A stretch of DNA of 64,000 nt from Pseudomonadales bacterium (GTDB taxonomy: Bacteria > Pseudomonadota > Gammaproteobacteria > Pseudomonadales > GM7GCV1). Below the pieces are notes generated by a model. It did no database searches and had not been told where the DNA came from. It saw only the letters and a list, made by a program, of their open reading frames with translations. Of the stretch, positions 30,585-40,473 are shown piece by piece. The number at the start of each line of letters is the position of its first letter. Positions within the stretch are counted from its first letter, which is position 1. Both the position numbers and the translations under genes were made by a program. Where the stretch lies: NCBI GenBank assembly GCA_965221105.1, contig OZ244871.1, positions 831,673 through 895,672 of the forward strand. Reading direction: 5' to 3'.

Positions 30585-31199
30585 TGTCTATTTTTGTAGT
30601 TTTTGGGTGTGCAGTGCTCGGTTTCCATGTGTCGCCATACTATGGTGGACACTGTGAGAAATCAGCCATGCATTCACTACCCTTCAGGCACCCAGATTGG
30701 CATCCGGGTTCTCCTCCGCGTGTGTCGACGGCATCACCCAGTTCTCATCACTTCGACCTTTCAGCATCCACGACGAGGCTGACCGCACCCTATACCACGC
30801 CGACATGACCGTGCAGGTCACCGACGTCCTGACCAGATGTGACGTCAGCCCGACCACCATTCACCGGGCGACAGCCAAGCTGCGTATGCGGTATGAGCTG
30901 CCTGAAACGGGTGAAAACCGGCGTATGATCTCCCAAACAATTGAACAGAAAAAGGCCCGAGGTCGGGATGTCTGATGTGCGATCCTTTGAATCGAGGAGT
31001 CTGTTCAGAGCCAGTTGCGCTGTTCTGTAGTTGTTGATTCGTAAGGGTGTGCAGACGCCCTCCACACATACTGTACCCCAGGACAGGGCGGTTTTCGGGC
31101 CGTTTCGGCCCATGGTGCCGTCTCCGGTGCGATTCTCCATCAGGGCCAGGGGCGCAGAGAGCCCCATTGACAGGTCGGATATATGGCAGCAGCCCGTCT

Positions 31200-31444
31200 C
31201 TTCCAGATCGACACAGTGCTCGTGCACACCGGGGCGGGTCATATATGTGTCAGGAGATCGATCAGCGCCTACACTTGAAGTTTCAGCAGAATGTGTCGGG
31301 GTGCTTCAGGAAGCGAGTGCACGCCGCGGCCTACTGTCGGCTCTCCAGCTGCCTGCACAATGGCACACACGGGCTACACGTCCCCGGTAGCGACCCAGAT
31401 GACGGTTGCTGGCCGACCTGCCCCCAAAGGGGGCGAGTAGTTAC
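31200..31444 (+). mobile_element. IS66-family 3' remnant (decayed transposase C-terminus plus right end)
   Basis: ..KFQQNVSGCFRKRVHAAAYCRLSS.. parallels ..KVKQKVSGCFRTLRHAQAHCRISS.. of the 3853..4664 copy. It ends GGGGGCGAGTAGTTAC at 31444. The left limit is approximate. Confidence 0.6.
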
Positions 31445-31473
31445 AGATATTTAGTACATGCCTATGAAATTTT

Positions 31474-31497
31474 GGCAGTGTCTCAGTTCGAAAATCC
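31474..31497 (+). repeat. dispersed 24-nt repeat copy (GGCAGTGTCTCAGTTCGAAAATCC)
   Basis: Read directly. Confidence 0.7.
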
Positions 31498-31660
31498 CGG
31501 TAGTGGTTTTTCTGGAAGATCGTGCATGTCTGCATAAGAGAAGGGCGGCCCGCAGGCCGCCCCGTGCATATGCGGTCTCCGGCTCCCTTGTGGGTCGGCG
31601 GATGCGCACCCCGTTCCTATCATGGACAGGGTCGCGCGGTTCGTTGTGGCCGCAGGGCGG

Positions 31661-32243
31661 TCAGCGGCGGCCGCAGCCCTCGCCAGTCGAGATGAAGGAG
31701 TGGACGGAGGTGAGCTTCTCAGTAAACAGCTTGGGATTGGACCTGACCTCATCAATCTTGAAGGACATCATGCCGCTGCCGATGGCGTTGCCGCCATTGG
31801 GGTCTCGCCCGAAGCCCTTGATCACGGCCCCGGCTTTGGGCCGGATATCCAGGGTCAAGTCCCGGGTCGTAGAGCCGGTTCCAAAACTTATATTCGTTAG
31901 ATTTCCGACATCGGTCCACCCTCTTTCCTCGCGCCGCCATTCAAGCAGGCTTTTTTCATTTACAGGAATAGTGCTAAAAAAGAGGCCAAGAACTCTTGAA
32001 CCAAAGTCTTCGAAGGTGACTTCGGGGTCGGTGGACGACAGGCGCACATGATAGCGCAGGTAGTCGCCGCCGCAGCCTTCCACGTGGTAGCCGTTGATGT
32101 TGCCGGTGACGGACACCGTGCATGTCTGAGCCGTGCAGCGTCTTGACTGCGCCAGCACCGCCGATGGCAGGGCCAGCATCAGGGCCACCAGTGCGACGGC
32201 AAGGGCCGTCAGTCTAGCGGGGGGGGGTCAAAGTTATGGCCAT
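31661..32243 (-). CDS. secreted protein B with poly-C tract in the leader; out of frame at the current tract length
   Basis: ATG at 32243, then GCC ATA ACT TTG A, then C9. With C8 or C11 the leader is MAITLTPP(P)ARLTALAVALVALMLALPSAVLAQ, in frame with ORF 31661..32188 (4 Cys). With C9 there is a TAG after 9 codons. Confidence 0.55.
32219..32227. repeat. homopolymer G9 (+) / C9 (coding strand)
   Basis: Counted directly. Confidence 0.95.
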
Positions 32244-32350
32244 GGCTTAGGTTCTCCATGTAAACGGAAGCTCTAGCTTAACAAAATATGCGACTCGAAA
32301 GCAAGTTCAGACGTCCTGACCTCGTGACCTGATTTCAGGTACATTCGGGG

Positions 32351-32694
32351 TCAATTTCTTCCCCCGTGCCAGTCTGAAGTGCAACACTGGTATGTACCGC
32401 ATGCCTGCTTGATCGAGGACAGGTTGCGGGAGAGTTGTTCGGAAATGTCCTGTTCAGAAAGACCGAAATCTTCTAACGAGTAACGGTGTGCGCCTTGTGA
32501 GTGTTGGTGGTTTTTCTGTCCCATCTGACAATATTTTGTTTCGCTTCACCAGTGAGTTCGTGATAACAAAAGCTGTGCAGTTCTTCCGCCACAGTGTCTG
32601 CAGAATCAGTGAGTTGGGCATAGGGGATATCAAGTATTTTGATGTGCGGATGGTTTTCGCGGAAGTCAGGATGCAGATTGAGTCCGTGGATCAA
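32351..32694 (-). pseudogene. sulfotransferase-family gene remnant with frameshift
   Basis: One frame gives ..HPHIKILDIPYAQLTDSADTVAEELHSFC.. (ORF 32473..32694). A shifted frame continues HRYSLEDFGLSEQDISEQL.., which is the typical C-terminal tail of bacterial sulfotransferases. The N-terminal PAPS-binding part is absent. Confidence 0.45.
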
Positions 32695-32897
32695 CTGGAA
32701 AATCTGATTCTGATAACGGGTGTTTCGTCACATGCCTTATGGTAGCTGGCAACAATACTGCAGAATGAGAGAGTCGAAGCGTTCAAGGTCTTTCCGCGTT
32801 TTTTTATTCCCTGTGTGCTTTTCCGAGCTACGAGGTCGTCCGACAGTACCACCAGGAGCATGCACCAGGTACACCGGGTTCTCTCAGCAGTGTGGCG

Positions 32898-33266
32898 CTA
32901 TATGGAAAAGGAAGCCCCACAACCGCAGGTTGTCGAGGCATTTGGGTTGTTGACAACGAAGCGGGCACCCTCCAGACCCTCCTGGTAGTCCACCGAAGCG
33001 CCAATCAGATATTGAAAGCTCAAGGGGTCCACAAGCACACATATTCCATCTTTCTCAACCAGGGTGTCCTCCTCGTCAGGTGCCTCGTCGAAAGTAAAAC
33101 CATACTGAAACCCTGAGCAGCCACCGCCTGTCACAAAGACCCTGAGCTTCAGGCCGGGATTGCCCTCATCCTCAACCAGCGCCTGCACCTTGCGCACAGC
33201 GCTCGCGGTGATATCCAGCAGTACTGGGTTGGGTTCAAATATCTCCGGTTGGGACATCGCAATCAT
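32898..33266 (-). CDS. erpA: iron-sulfur cluster insertion protein ErpA
   Basis: [14 protein letters not shown] and C-terminal CGCGASFSI. Confidence 0.9.
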   Translation of the reverse strand: MIAMSQPEIFEPNPVLLDITASAVRKVQALVEDEGNPGLKLRVFVTGGGCSGFQYGFTFDEAPDEEDTLVEKDGICVLVDPLSFQYLIGASVDYQEGLEGARFVVNNPNASTTCGCGASFSI

Positions 33267-33316
33267 CCAAGCATCATTATATAAGGTCCAATTGTCTCAT
33301 TAACCGAGTAAATTGA

Positions 33317-33781
33317 TCAAGAATTCGCCGTATCCTGCCGCCCGTGTCCTGCTGACCACTCCTGGGGCTCGGCCGCAGGCGTCGCCGTAGTGGCCTGCTT
33401 GTCTGTTGCACGGGCAGCAGGTGGTGTGTGAACCATATTGCCGTTGATCTGCGCGCCCTGTTCCACCTCGAGCAGATTGTAGTGCAGATTGCCATCGATC
33501 ACTGCATCAGAGGCGAGAATCAGTTGACCACTGGTATGAACATTGCCGACCACATGGCCATTGATAACAGCATCAGGAGAACGGATGTCTCCCTTGATCT
33601 TTCCGTCGACGGCAATCCGAACCACGGAGTCCTTCTCATTGTCTGCATGGATATCTCCGGCGATCACGCCTTCAACGGTCAATACGCCGGTGAATCTGAC
33701 CGTTCCCTCAATCACTGTATTGCGGGAAACGAGTGTCTCAACTCCCCGTGCGCCGCTGGAGGCACTTTTTGATCCGAACAT
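33317..33781 (-). CDS. bactofilin-family polymer-forming protein
   Basis: 154 aa of repetitive beta-helix pattern (V.G.V.F.G.L.V.G.I.GDI...), typical of bactofilin/CcmA. Confidence 0.85.
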   Translation of the reverse strand: MFGSKSASSGARGVETLVSRNTVIEGTVRFTGVLTVEGVIAGDIHADNEKDSVVRIAVDGKIKGDIRSPDAVINGHVVGNVHTSGQLILASDAVIDGNLHYNLLEVEQGAQINGNMVHTPPAARATDKQATTATPAAEPQEWSAGHGRQDTANS

Positions 33782-33806
33782 TGTTCCGGTCCCTCACATT
33801 GTACGA

Positions 33807-34538
33807 TTACGATTTCCACGCATAGGTTTCGTCCAGACTTGGCGAATTGCTTCCGTCCAGGCGGACGATGACGCGGACCTTGCTGGGGCTGAACCCTTCC
33901 GGTAAAACCAGATCACCGTTGAATTGCTGAAAAAACTTGAATCCCAGCGCCAAAAAATCCCCGCCCTGGCTCAGCTCACCGAGTGAAACCGCTCGGGCTG
34001 CGCCGGCATCTGCATCCGAGATCAGCTGCAGACTCATCGTGCCGCTGACTTTGCGGTGGTTCGATGAGCGTTGTGCAACAATGATGTTGTACAAGTAGGC
34101 TCCATCTGTCTCCGCGGGTTCAATATCCACTCTCTCGAGGTACACGCCGCTCTTTTCCGGATCGGGATCCATGAGCGACTGATAGAGGCGAACCTGTTCG
34201 CTCAGAAAATCTATCTGCTCACGCGCCTGCATCATCTGGATACGCATCTGCTCGACGGAACCCCTATCAACCTCAGACGCCAGCTCAGCATTTGTTGCAG
34301 CCTGCGCCAGACTGATCAGCTCTTCATTCAGGCTCTGCATCTGGGCAGTTTGTCGATCAAAGCTTTCTGTCAGGTCACGATGTTGCTCACCCAAGTGCCA
34401 GACTGTGCCCACATAGGTGATCAACGGCAGCACCAGAATGACACCGACAATCAGCAGCACCCGCCCGATCCGGGCGGTGCGACTGAGCCTGACCACATAG
34501 GCCCTCTCAGAGTGAATAGTGTTCCTGGGAACTGTCAT
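33807..34538 (-). CDS. membrane-anchored coiled-coil protein (DUF6776-like), conserved neighbour of bactofilin
   Basis: 243 aa with an N-terminal TM (VLLIVGVILVLPLITYV) followed by a coiled coil. The family name is from memory only. Confidence 0.5.
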   Translation of the reverse strand: MTVPRNTIHSERAYVVRLSRTARIGRVLLIVGVILVLPLITYVGTVWHLGEQHRDLTESFDRQTAQMQSLNEELISLAQAATNAELASEVDRGSVEQMRIQMMQAREQIDFLSEQVRLYQSLMDPDPEKSGVYLERVDIEPAETDGAYLYNIIVAQRSSNHRKVSGTMSLQLISDADAGAARAVSLGELSQGGDFLALGFKFFQQFNGDLVLPEGFSPSKVRVIVRLDGSNSPSLDETYAWKS

Positions 34539-34592
34539 GCCAGCTGACTCTACCCTGGTTTCACCTGTTTCCTGAAGAACCGCGCATGGAAT

Positions 34593-35630
34593 CTATGGCA
34601 CAAGGGCCACGGACTCCAGCCCCATGGCTTCGTCCAGTCCGAACATGATATTCATATTCTGGACCGCTTGACCAGAAGCACCTTTGGTCAGATTGTCCAC
34701 AACCGAGGTGATGACCAGCTTGTCTCTCCCCTGTGGCCGACATACCGAAATCCTGCACATATTGGTTCCCCGCACTGACCTCAGGGTCGGCTGCATGCCC
34801 TGAGGGAGTACATCCACAAAGGGCTCGTGTGCATAATCACGCTCAAACAGCGCCTGAAAATCGGTCGCGTCCGGTTCCGGCAGATCCGCATATATGGTCG
34901 CCAGTATCCCTCTGTTCACCGGCAGGAGATGGGGTACAAAGGTGATGTGCACTGGTCGGTCCGCAACCCGTTCCAGATACTGCTCTATCTCGGGAAGATG
35001 TCTGTGCCCGTCTACCGCATAGGCTTGAAAGCTGTCGCCAACCTCGGCATACAGATTATGTATTGTCGCCTGCCTGCCGGCACCTGAGGTGCCCGAGGCC
35101 GCGTTGGCAACCAGTGTCAGGGGATTGACCATGCCCGGCTCCCTCAGCAGGGGAGCAAGGCCGAGCAGGATGCTGGTCGGATAACAGCCGGGGCAGGCTA
35201 CCAGACGTGCGTCCGCAATCTGCTGCCTGTTGAGTTCCGGCAGACCATACACTGCCTCGGCGACCAACCCAGGGCTTGCGTGCGTCTGCGCATACCAGTG
35301 TTCCCAAACACCTCTGTCCCGAAGCCTGAAATCAGCCGAGAGGTCAATTGCGCGGACACCCGACTCCAGTACTTGTGGCATCTGCGCCTGAGCAATACCA
35401 TGGGGTGTGGCAAAAAACACCAGATCTATCCCGGCATAACCGATATCCTCTGGGACACACAGCTCCAGATCGAAATGCCCCCGCAGACTTGGGAACAGGT
35501 CCGCTACAGATCGCCCATTTTCGGTGCGCGAACTGATGGCCTGAACATCGGCTTCGGGATGCCGGGCCAGCAGTCTCAGCAGCTCCACACCGGTGTACCC
35601 GGTGCCGCCGATAATTGCTATCTTGATCAA
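34593..35630 (-). CDS. argC: N-acetyl-gamma-glutamyl-phosphate reductase
   Basis: [16 protein letters not shown].., active-site ..PGCYPT... Confidence 0.95.
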   Translation of the reverse strand: MIKIAIIGGTGYTGVELLRLLARHPEADVQAISSRTENGRSVADLFPSLRGHFDLELCVPEDIGYAGIDLVFFATPHGIAQAQMPQVLESGVRAIDLSADFRLRDRGVWEHWYAQTHASPGLVAEAVYGLPELNRQQIADARLVACPGCYPTSILLGLAPLLREPGMVNPLTLVANAASGTSGAGRQATIHNLYAEVGDSFQAYAVDGHRHLPEIEQYLERVADRPVHITFVPHLLPVNRGILATIYADLPEPDATDFQALFERDYAHEPFVDVLPQGMQPTLRSVRGTNMCRISVCRPQGRDKLVITSVVDNLTKGASGQAVQNMNIMFGLDEAMGLESVALVP

Positions 35631-35767
35631 GTTCTATCCGCCTGTCTGCTGTCGGTGGAACGCAATGATAAAAGCCTTCACGGGAATAACAAAGTGCTCC
35701 AACCTGCTAGAATGACACCGGTTCACCCAGGCTCACCACTGAATCCGGCACAGTAATTGATAGTTCG

Positions 35768-36193
35768 ATGGCTTTTCTATGGTTCAAGGCCCTCCACATA
35801 GTGGCTTTTGTCTGCTGGTTCGCAGCTCTTTTCTACCTGCCCAGGCTGTTTGTCTACCATGCAGGCACTGAGGATCCAATCAGCGACGAGCGCTTCAAAT
35901 TGATGGAACGCAGACTCTACCGGGGTATAGGCACCCCGGCCATGATCGCCACCCTCATCTTTGGCCTGGCGATGCTGGTATCCAATACCGACTATCTCAT
36001 GCAAGGCTGGATGCAGGCCAAACTCGCCCTGGTGGCGGCGCTGGTCACCTATCACCTGATGTGCGGATGTCACCTCGCGAAATTTGCACACAACCAGAAC
36101 GTGAAAGACCACATCTATTTCCGCTGGTTCAACGAAGTCCCCACCGTTGCTCTGCTGGCAATTGTGTTCTTTGCCACACTCAGACCTTTCTGA
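35768..36193 (+). CDS. hemJ: protoporphyrinogen oxidase HemJ
   Basis: 141 aa. [27 protein letters not shown] matches the HemJ/UPF0093 signature. Confidence 0.8.
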   Translation: MAFLWFKALHIVAFVCWFAALFYLPRLFVYHAGTEDPISDERFKLMERRLYRGIGTPAMIATLIFGLAMLVSNTDYLMQGWMQAKLALVAALVTYHLMCGCHLAKFAHNQNVKDHIYFRWFNEVPTVALLAIVFFATLRPF

Positions 36194-36210
36194 CCCAATC
36201 TGGATCCACG

Positions 36211-37497
36211 ATGAGCCAATCGCAGCACTTGTTTGACCGGGCCAAACAGTCCATTCCCGGCGGAGTGAACTCGCCGGTGCGGGCTTTCCAGGCAGTTGGT
36301 GGAACACCACTGTTCATCGAACGAGCCCGGGGAGCTCATCTCTATGATTGCAGTGGCAACAAATATCTGGACTATGTGCTTTCCTGGGGCCCCATGATCC
36401 TTGGTCACGCCCACCCGGAGGTGATTGAAGCAGTGACCGAAGCTGCCAGATCGGGACTGAGTTACGGAGCACCGACCCGGATTGAAACCTTGCTGGCCGA
36501 GGAAGTCTGCACACTGGTTCCCGGCATTGAGTTGCTGCGCATGGTGAATTCGGGTACCGAAGCGACCATGAGTGCACTTCGGCTGGCGCGTGGCTTCACC
36601 GGAAGGAACACGATTATCAAGTTCGAGGGCTGTTATCATGGGCACTCCGACTCGTTGCTGGTTAAGGCTGGCTCGGGTGCGCTGACCTTGGGAGTACCCA
36701 GTTCCCCGGGCGTTCCCGAGAGTCTGGTGCAGCACACCATGACACTCACCTACAACGACAGCGGGTCCGTCGAAGACGCTTTTTCAGCCCGTGGGGAAGA
36801 GATCGCCTGTGTCATTGTTGAACCGGTTGCGGGCAATATGAACTGTATTCCTCCGGAATCCGGCTTTCTGGAGTGCCTGAGAGAACAGTGCACCCGCTAT
36901 GGTTCAGTCCTGATTTTTGACGAGGTCATGACCGGGTTCAGGGTCGCTCTTGGCGGTGCCCAAGCGAAATATGGCGTTGTGCCCGACCTGACCTGCCTGG
37001 GCAAAGTGGTTGGCGGCGGCATGCCGGTTGGTGCCTTTGGTGGACGACGGGACATCATGGAATATATTTCGCCCCTGGGACCCGTGTATCAGGCGGGCAC
37101 ACTGTCTGGCAATCCGGTCGCCATGGCTGCCGGTCTCAAGACACTCCAGCTCATTCAGGAGGCCGGATTTTACGGGAGTCTGGAAGAGAAGGTGTCATAC
37201 CTGACCAAGGGCTTGCGCACCATAGCCTCGGGCAGGGGCATTCCGCTGACCACCAACCAGTCCGGCAGCATGTTCGGATTCTTTTTTACCAAGGCTGAAC
37301 AGGTGACGCGCTATTCACAGGTCATGGACTGCGACACCGAGCAGTTCGTACACTTCTTCCAGAGCATGCTCAATGCCGGAGTCTACCTGGCTCCCGCCGC
37401 CTTTGAAGCCGGGTTCATGTCAGCGGCCCATTCCACGGCCGATCTGGATTACACCCTTGAGCAGGCGGATGCGGCGCTGCGGTCGCTGAATCGATAA
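36211..37497 (+). CDS. hemL: glutamate-1-semialdehyde 2,1-aminomutase
   Basis: [26 protein letters not shown].. and ..[17 protein letters not shown]... Start set at the ATG at 36211, not at the longer ORF start. Confidence 0.95.
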   Translation: MSQSQHLFDRAKQSIPGGVNSPVRAFQAVGGTPLFIERARGAHLYDCSGNKYLDYVLSWGPMILGHAHPEVIEAVTEAARSGLSYGAPTRIETLLAEEVCTLVPGIELLRMVNSGTEATMSALRLARGFTGRNTIIKFEGCYHGHSDSLLVKAGSGALTLGVPSSPGVPESLVQHTMTLTYNDSGSVEDAFSARGEEIACVIVEPVAGNMNCIPPESGFLECLREQCTRYGSVLIFDEVMTGFRVALGGAQAKYGVVPDLTCLGKVVGGGMPVGAFGGRRDIMEYISPLGPVYQAGTLSGNPVAMAAGLKTLQLIQEAGFYGSLEEKVSYLTKGLRTIASGRGIPLTTNQSGSMFGFFFTKAEQVTRYSQVMDCDTEQFVHFFQSMLNAGVYLAPAAFEAGFMSAAHSTADLDYTLEQADAALRSLNR

Positions 37498-37500
37498 GTG

Positions 37501-38499
37501 ATGGCGTACGACATTCTGGGCATAGGCGCGGCCCTCGTGGACACCGAAATACTGGTTGACGACGAGGATCTGAACAACCTCAAGATCGACAAGGGTTTGA
37601 TGACACTCTGTGATGAAGCCCAGCAGGGACGCTATCTGCGCTACCTGCGAGAGCATATTGATCGGGCTCACAGAGCCTGTGGAGGGTCCGCTGCAAATTC
37701 AATGATAGCCTCCAGCCTGCTCGGGTGCAGGGTACACCTGACCTGCCAGGTGGCAGACGATTCCGACGGGAGGTTCTTCCTGCACGATCTGGGACATGCG
37801 GGTGTGTCATGCAACAGCAGGCATCAGGCGAGACCAGGTGTCACCGGGAAATGCCTCGTGATGGTGACTCCGGACGCGGAGCGAACCATGAATACCGCAC
37901 TCTGTATCAGCGAAACACTGTCCACCAGAAACATAGAACCGGACATTTTTGAGAATGCCGGCTATCTGTATCTGGAGGGGTATCTGGCGACATCGACAAG
38001 CTGCATGGACGCGGCCATCTCCATGCGGGAACAGGCGCGCCAGAATGGTGCCGCTGTCAGTATCAGTCTGTCTGATCCCGGAATCGCGAAACATTTCGAA
38101 CCGGAGTTACGTGCAATGATCGGCGGTCGGGCAGATCTGATATTCTGTAATGCACATGAGGCCATGCAGTGGACACACACCGACAGCATCAGCGACGCGG
38201 CTGAGAAGCTGAAAGAGGACACCCGCACCTACGCCATTACGCTGGGCCCGGACGGAGCCTTGGTCTTTGATGGATCCGAGGCATGCCGAGTCGATTCACC
38301 GAGAGTCGAGGCCATCGATACGAACGGTGCCGGTGACATGTTTGCCGGAACTTTTCTTGCAGCCATCTGCCAGGGGAAGAACTTCGCCGAAGCGGCAGCA
38401 CTGGCCTGCCAGGGCGCTGCGCAGGTTGTATCACGGATGGGTCCAAGGCTTGACAGCGACGGCTACGGGCTCATACGTGGCGCGCTTCAGTCCGGTTGA
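37501..38499 (+). CDS. PfkB-family kinase (adenosine kinase-like)
   Basis: YDILGIGAALVDTE N-terminus and C-terminal DTNGAGDMFAGTFL (PfkB signature 2). Confidence 0.8.
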   Translation: MAYDILGIGAALVDTEILVDDEDLNNLKIDKGLMTLCDEAQQGRYLRYLREHIDRAHRACGGSAANSMIASSLLGCRVHLTCQVADDSDGRFFLHDLGHAGVSCNSRHQARPGVTGKCLVMVTPDAERTMNTALCISETLSTRNIEPDIFENAGYLYLEGYLATSTSCMDAAISMREQARQNGAAVSISLSDPGIAKHFEPELRAMIGGRADLIFCNAHEAMQWTHTDSISDAAEKLKEDTRTYAITLGPDGALVFDGSEACRVDSPRVEAIDTNGAGDMFAGTFLAAICQGKNFAEAAALACQGAAQVVSRMGPRLDSDGYGLIRGALQSG

Positions 38500-38507
38500 G
38501 ACCGGAG

Positions 38508-38939
38508 CTATCTCTGCTCAACCCGTGCCGACACCTGCTGAAGACTGCCATCATCGAACTCGAGGATCAGGTCCATCTGGCCGGAGCGGATCGCGGCGGG
38601 TTCGGGATCAAACAGCATCAGGTGGAGACCTCCCTCGGTAAACAGGACGGCTTCCCCGGCGGGCAACGCTACCGACTCCATCTCCACCATGCGCATCATG
38701 GTGTCTTCCATGACATGTGTGTGCATTTCAATCCGGCTCGCAGAACCGGACTTTACTCCAACGAGCGCCCGAGCATCGGACCCCCCGTTGCTGAGCAGGA
38801 AATAACCTGCGCTGATCGATTGGCCCGGGATGGGCGCAACGATCCGGGCATCGCTGACGCGAATCTCCGCGAACACAAGGGCTGGCAGCACAAGGAGGAG
38901 GAGGGCTGGAATAATTTTCAATTGGGTGTCCTCAGACAT
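38508..38939 (-). CDS. periplasmic copper chaperone PCu(A)C
   Basis: Signal peptide plus ..IEMHTHVMEDTMMRMVEM..GGLHLMLF.., the H(M)X10MX21HXM-type motif of DUF461/PCuAC. Confidence 0.8.
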   Translation of the reverse strand: MSEDTQLKIIPALLLLVLPALVFAEIRVSDARIVAPIPGQSISAGYFLLSNGGSDARALVGVKSGSASRIEMHTHVMEDTMMRMVEMESVALPAGEAVLFTEGGLHLMLFDPEPAAIRSGQMDLILEFDDGSLQQVSARVEQR

Positions 38940-38979
38940 TCAGCAATGATTATTATAGGGTACTCTGCATACACAACCT

Positions 38980-39443
38980 GTAACTGCTCGCCCCCCTTGA
39001 GATCATAGGAAAGAGGTTCTCTGGTGTGTGCATTTCATGAGTGCACAGGGTCATGGGCACCACACAGTTCAGTTCCAAGGCGACGGCGGGGGTGTGTCAG
39101 GCGCTGATGCCGCCGGCGATCATGGCGGTGGAGTCCGGGTAGCCCATGGCGACGGTCAACACAGCATCGCTGCGCTCGGAGTTCGACGCGCTCAAGGGGC
39201 GCTTCGAGACGCTGTGCGCGGACGCCCACGACCACGTCTGGGCCAAGCGCTTGGGCCACCTCCTGAGCGGAACCTGCCGAAGGGTCAGTGAACTCGGCAC
39301 CAAGGCCCTCGACGAGGCCCACTGCCGAATCTCAAGCTACCCAATCCATGGCCCACCAAGGCTACAATTTGCTGACCGCCATCCAGATCGCACTCAGCAC
39401 CGCCGCCACAATGATCAAGCGGGAGAAGGGGGCAAGCAGTTAC
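38980..39443 (+). mobile_element. IS66-family miniature deletion derivative (about 0.46 kb)
   Basis: Left end GTAACTGCTCGCCCCCC.. is near-identical to the reverse complement of 4600..4664. Right end is GGGGGCAAGCAGTTAC. The internal ORF joins the transposase N-terminal part (..KRLGHLLSGTCRRVSELGTKALDEA) directly to the C-terminal tail (HCRISSY..QGYNLLTAIQIAL). Confidence 0.75.
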
Positions 39444-39555
39444 GCTGGATCATTGATCGCGGTCGTTGCACCAGCTTTCTACCTGCTGTTTTGTGGAGCC
39501 GTATCGCCGTCTGCAGAGGAAATCTGGGCACTTGCACAACAGAAGTCATCAGCGA

Positions 39556-40158
39556 TCAGAAGCTGCCGCAAGTTCCAGTTCCAGTTCCCAAGCCCTGGTA
39601 CTTGTTGACCTTGATTTGGGGGGTATCAATCTCCACCCATAGTTGATCTGTTATGCCATAGCCTTTTGGCTGCATCGCCTTGAACGTGCCTGAACCTGCG
39701 GTCGACATAGTCGACGTCCAGTAGACGTTCCCAATATGATCTTCGCCAGCCTCAACAGTGACGCCGCGGAAGACGTTGGTAGGATTTCCATTGAAGTCCG
39801 TGTATCTCATGGCCGGGTATCCATTGACATCTTTGGCGATGAGCCACGCGCTAATATTTTCTGACCCAGGAGTAGGATTTCCTTCATCATCCAAAGTTGT
39901 TGTACCATACGAGATAGATGCAACACCATTCATTCCGTCTGCGTTCACAGTAGCTTTGATACAGACGCGCTGGCCCCAATCCTCTATCGCCTGCGATTCG
40001 TTCCTGGCAACCGCGGTGGTGTCAACATTCTTAAAAAAATCCTGCGCCGTTTGCGCCATTACTGCAGTTAGCGGAGACAGCATCAATGCCGCAAGCGCGA
40101 TGGCGGGTGCCGTCAGTCGTTTACGGGGGGGGGGGGGTAATTTGCTTATTGTGTTCAT
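39556..40158 (-). CDS. secreted protein C with poly-C(13) tract in the leader; in frame (ON)
   Basis: MNTISKLPPPPRKRLTAPAIALAALMLSPLTAVMAQ (Sec-type signal peptide, AXA site) followed by a 164-aa mature part with 2 Cys. The PPPP is encoded by the C13 run. Confidence 0.65.
   Translation of the reverse strand: MNTISKLPPPPRKRLTAPAIALAALMLSPLTAVMAQTAQDFFKNVDTTAVARNESQAIEDWGQRVCIKATVNADGMNGVASISYGTTTLDDEGNPTPGSENISAWLIAKDVNGYPAMRYTDFNGNPTNVFRGVTVEAGEDHIGNVYWTSTMSTAGSGTFKAMQPKGYGITDQLWVEIDTPQIKVNKYQGLGTGTGTCGSF
40125..40137. repeat. homopolymer G13 (+) / C13 (coding strand)
   Basis: Counted directly. Confidence 0.95.
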
Positions 40159-40473
40159 AGTTCTGTCCAAAGTTAGTAACTATCAGATGGTTTTGTACTT
40201 GAATTATTGGGAATTTGCAAGTACTTGTGAGGGATTTGCGCTGTAGGGTTTTTCGCCACGCCCGATGTCATTGATGGAGCAACGGTTGGCCTGCTGGAGT
40301 ACACGCTGGGACGTCAAGACGGTTCGCAGGGCCAACAATGCCTCTGGATCCGGCCCATATGAGAACGAGTGTCGTTTGGACGCGCCGGACGGGCAGGCAC
40401 CCTCCCAGGGGAAGGCCCGGCCGATGCATTGTTAACCTATCACCACCCCACACATGACGCAGTGTTGTTGTGA

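Noticed and set aside
30697-30975. ORF ending ..MTVQVTDVLTRCDVSPTTIHRATAKLRMRYELPETGENRR.. (a possible small HTH or excisionase-like protein)
   Set aside because: Only about 55 codons look protein-like, and the upstream part reads as non-coding. There is no clear start or RBS and it cannot be assigned, so it is likely a fragment within the decayed island.
36061-36210. Upstream extension of the hemL ORF
   Set aside because: It overlaps the end of hemJ. The conserved HemL N-terminus begins at the ATG at 36211.
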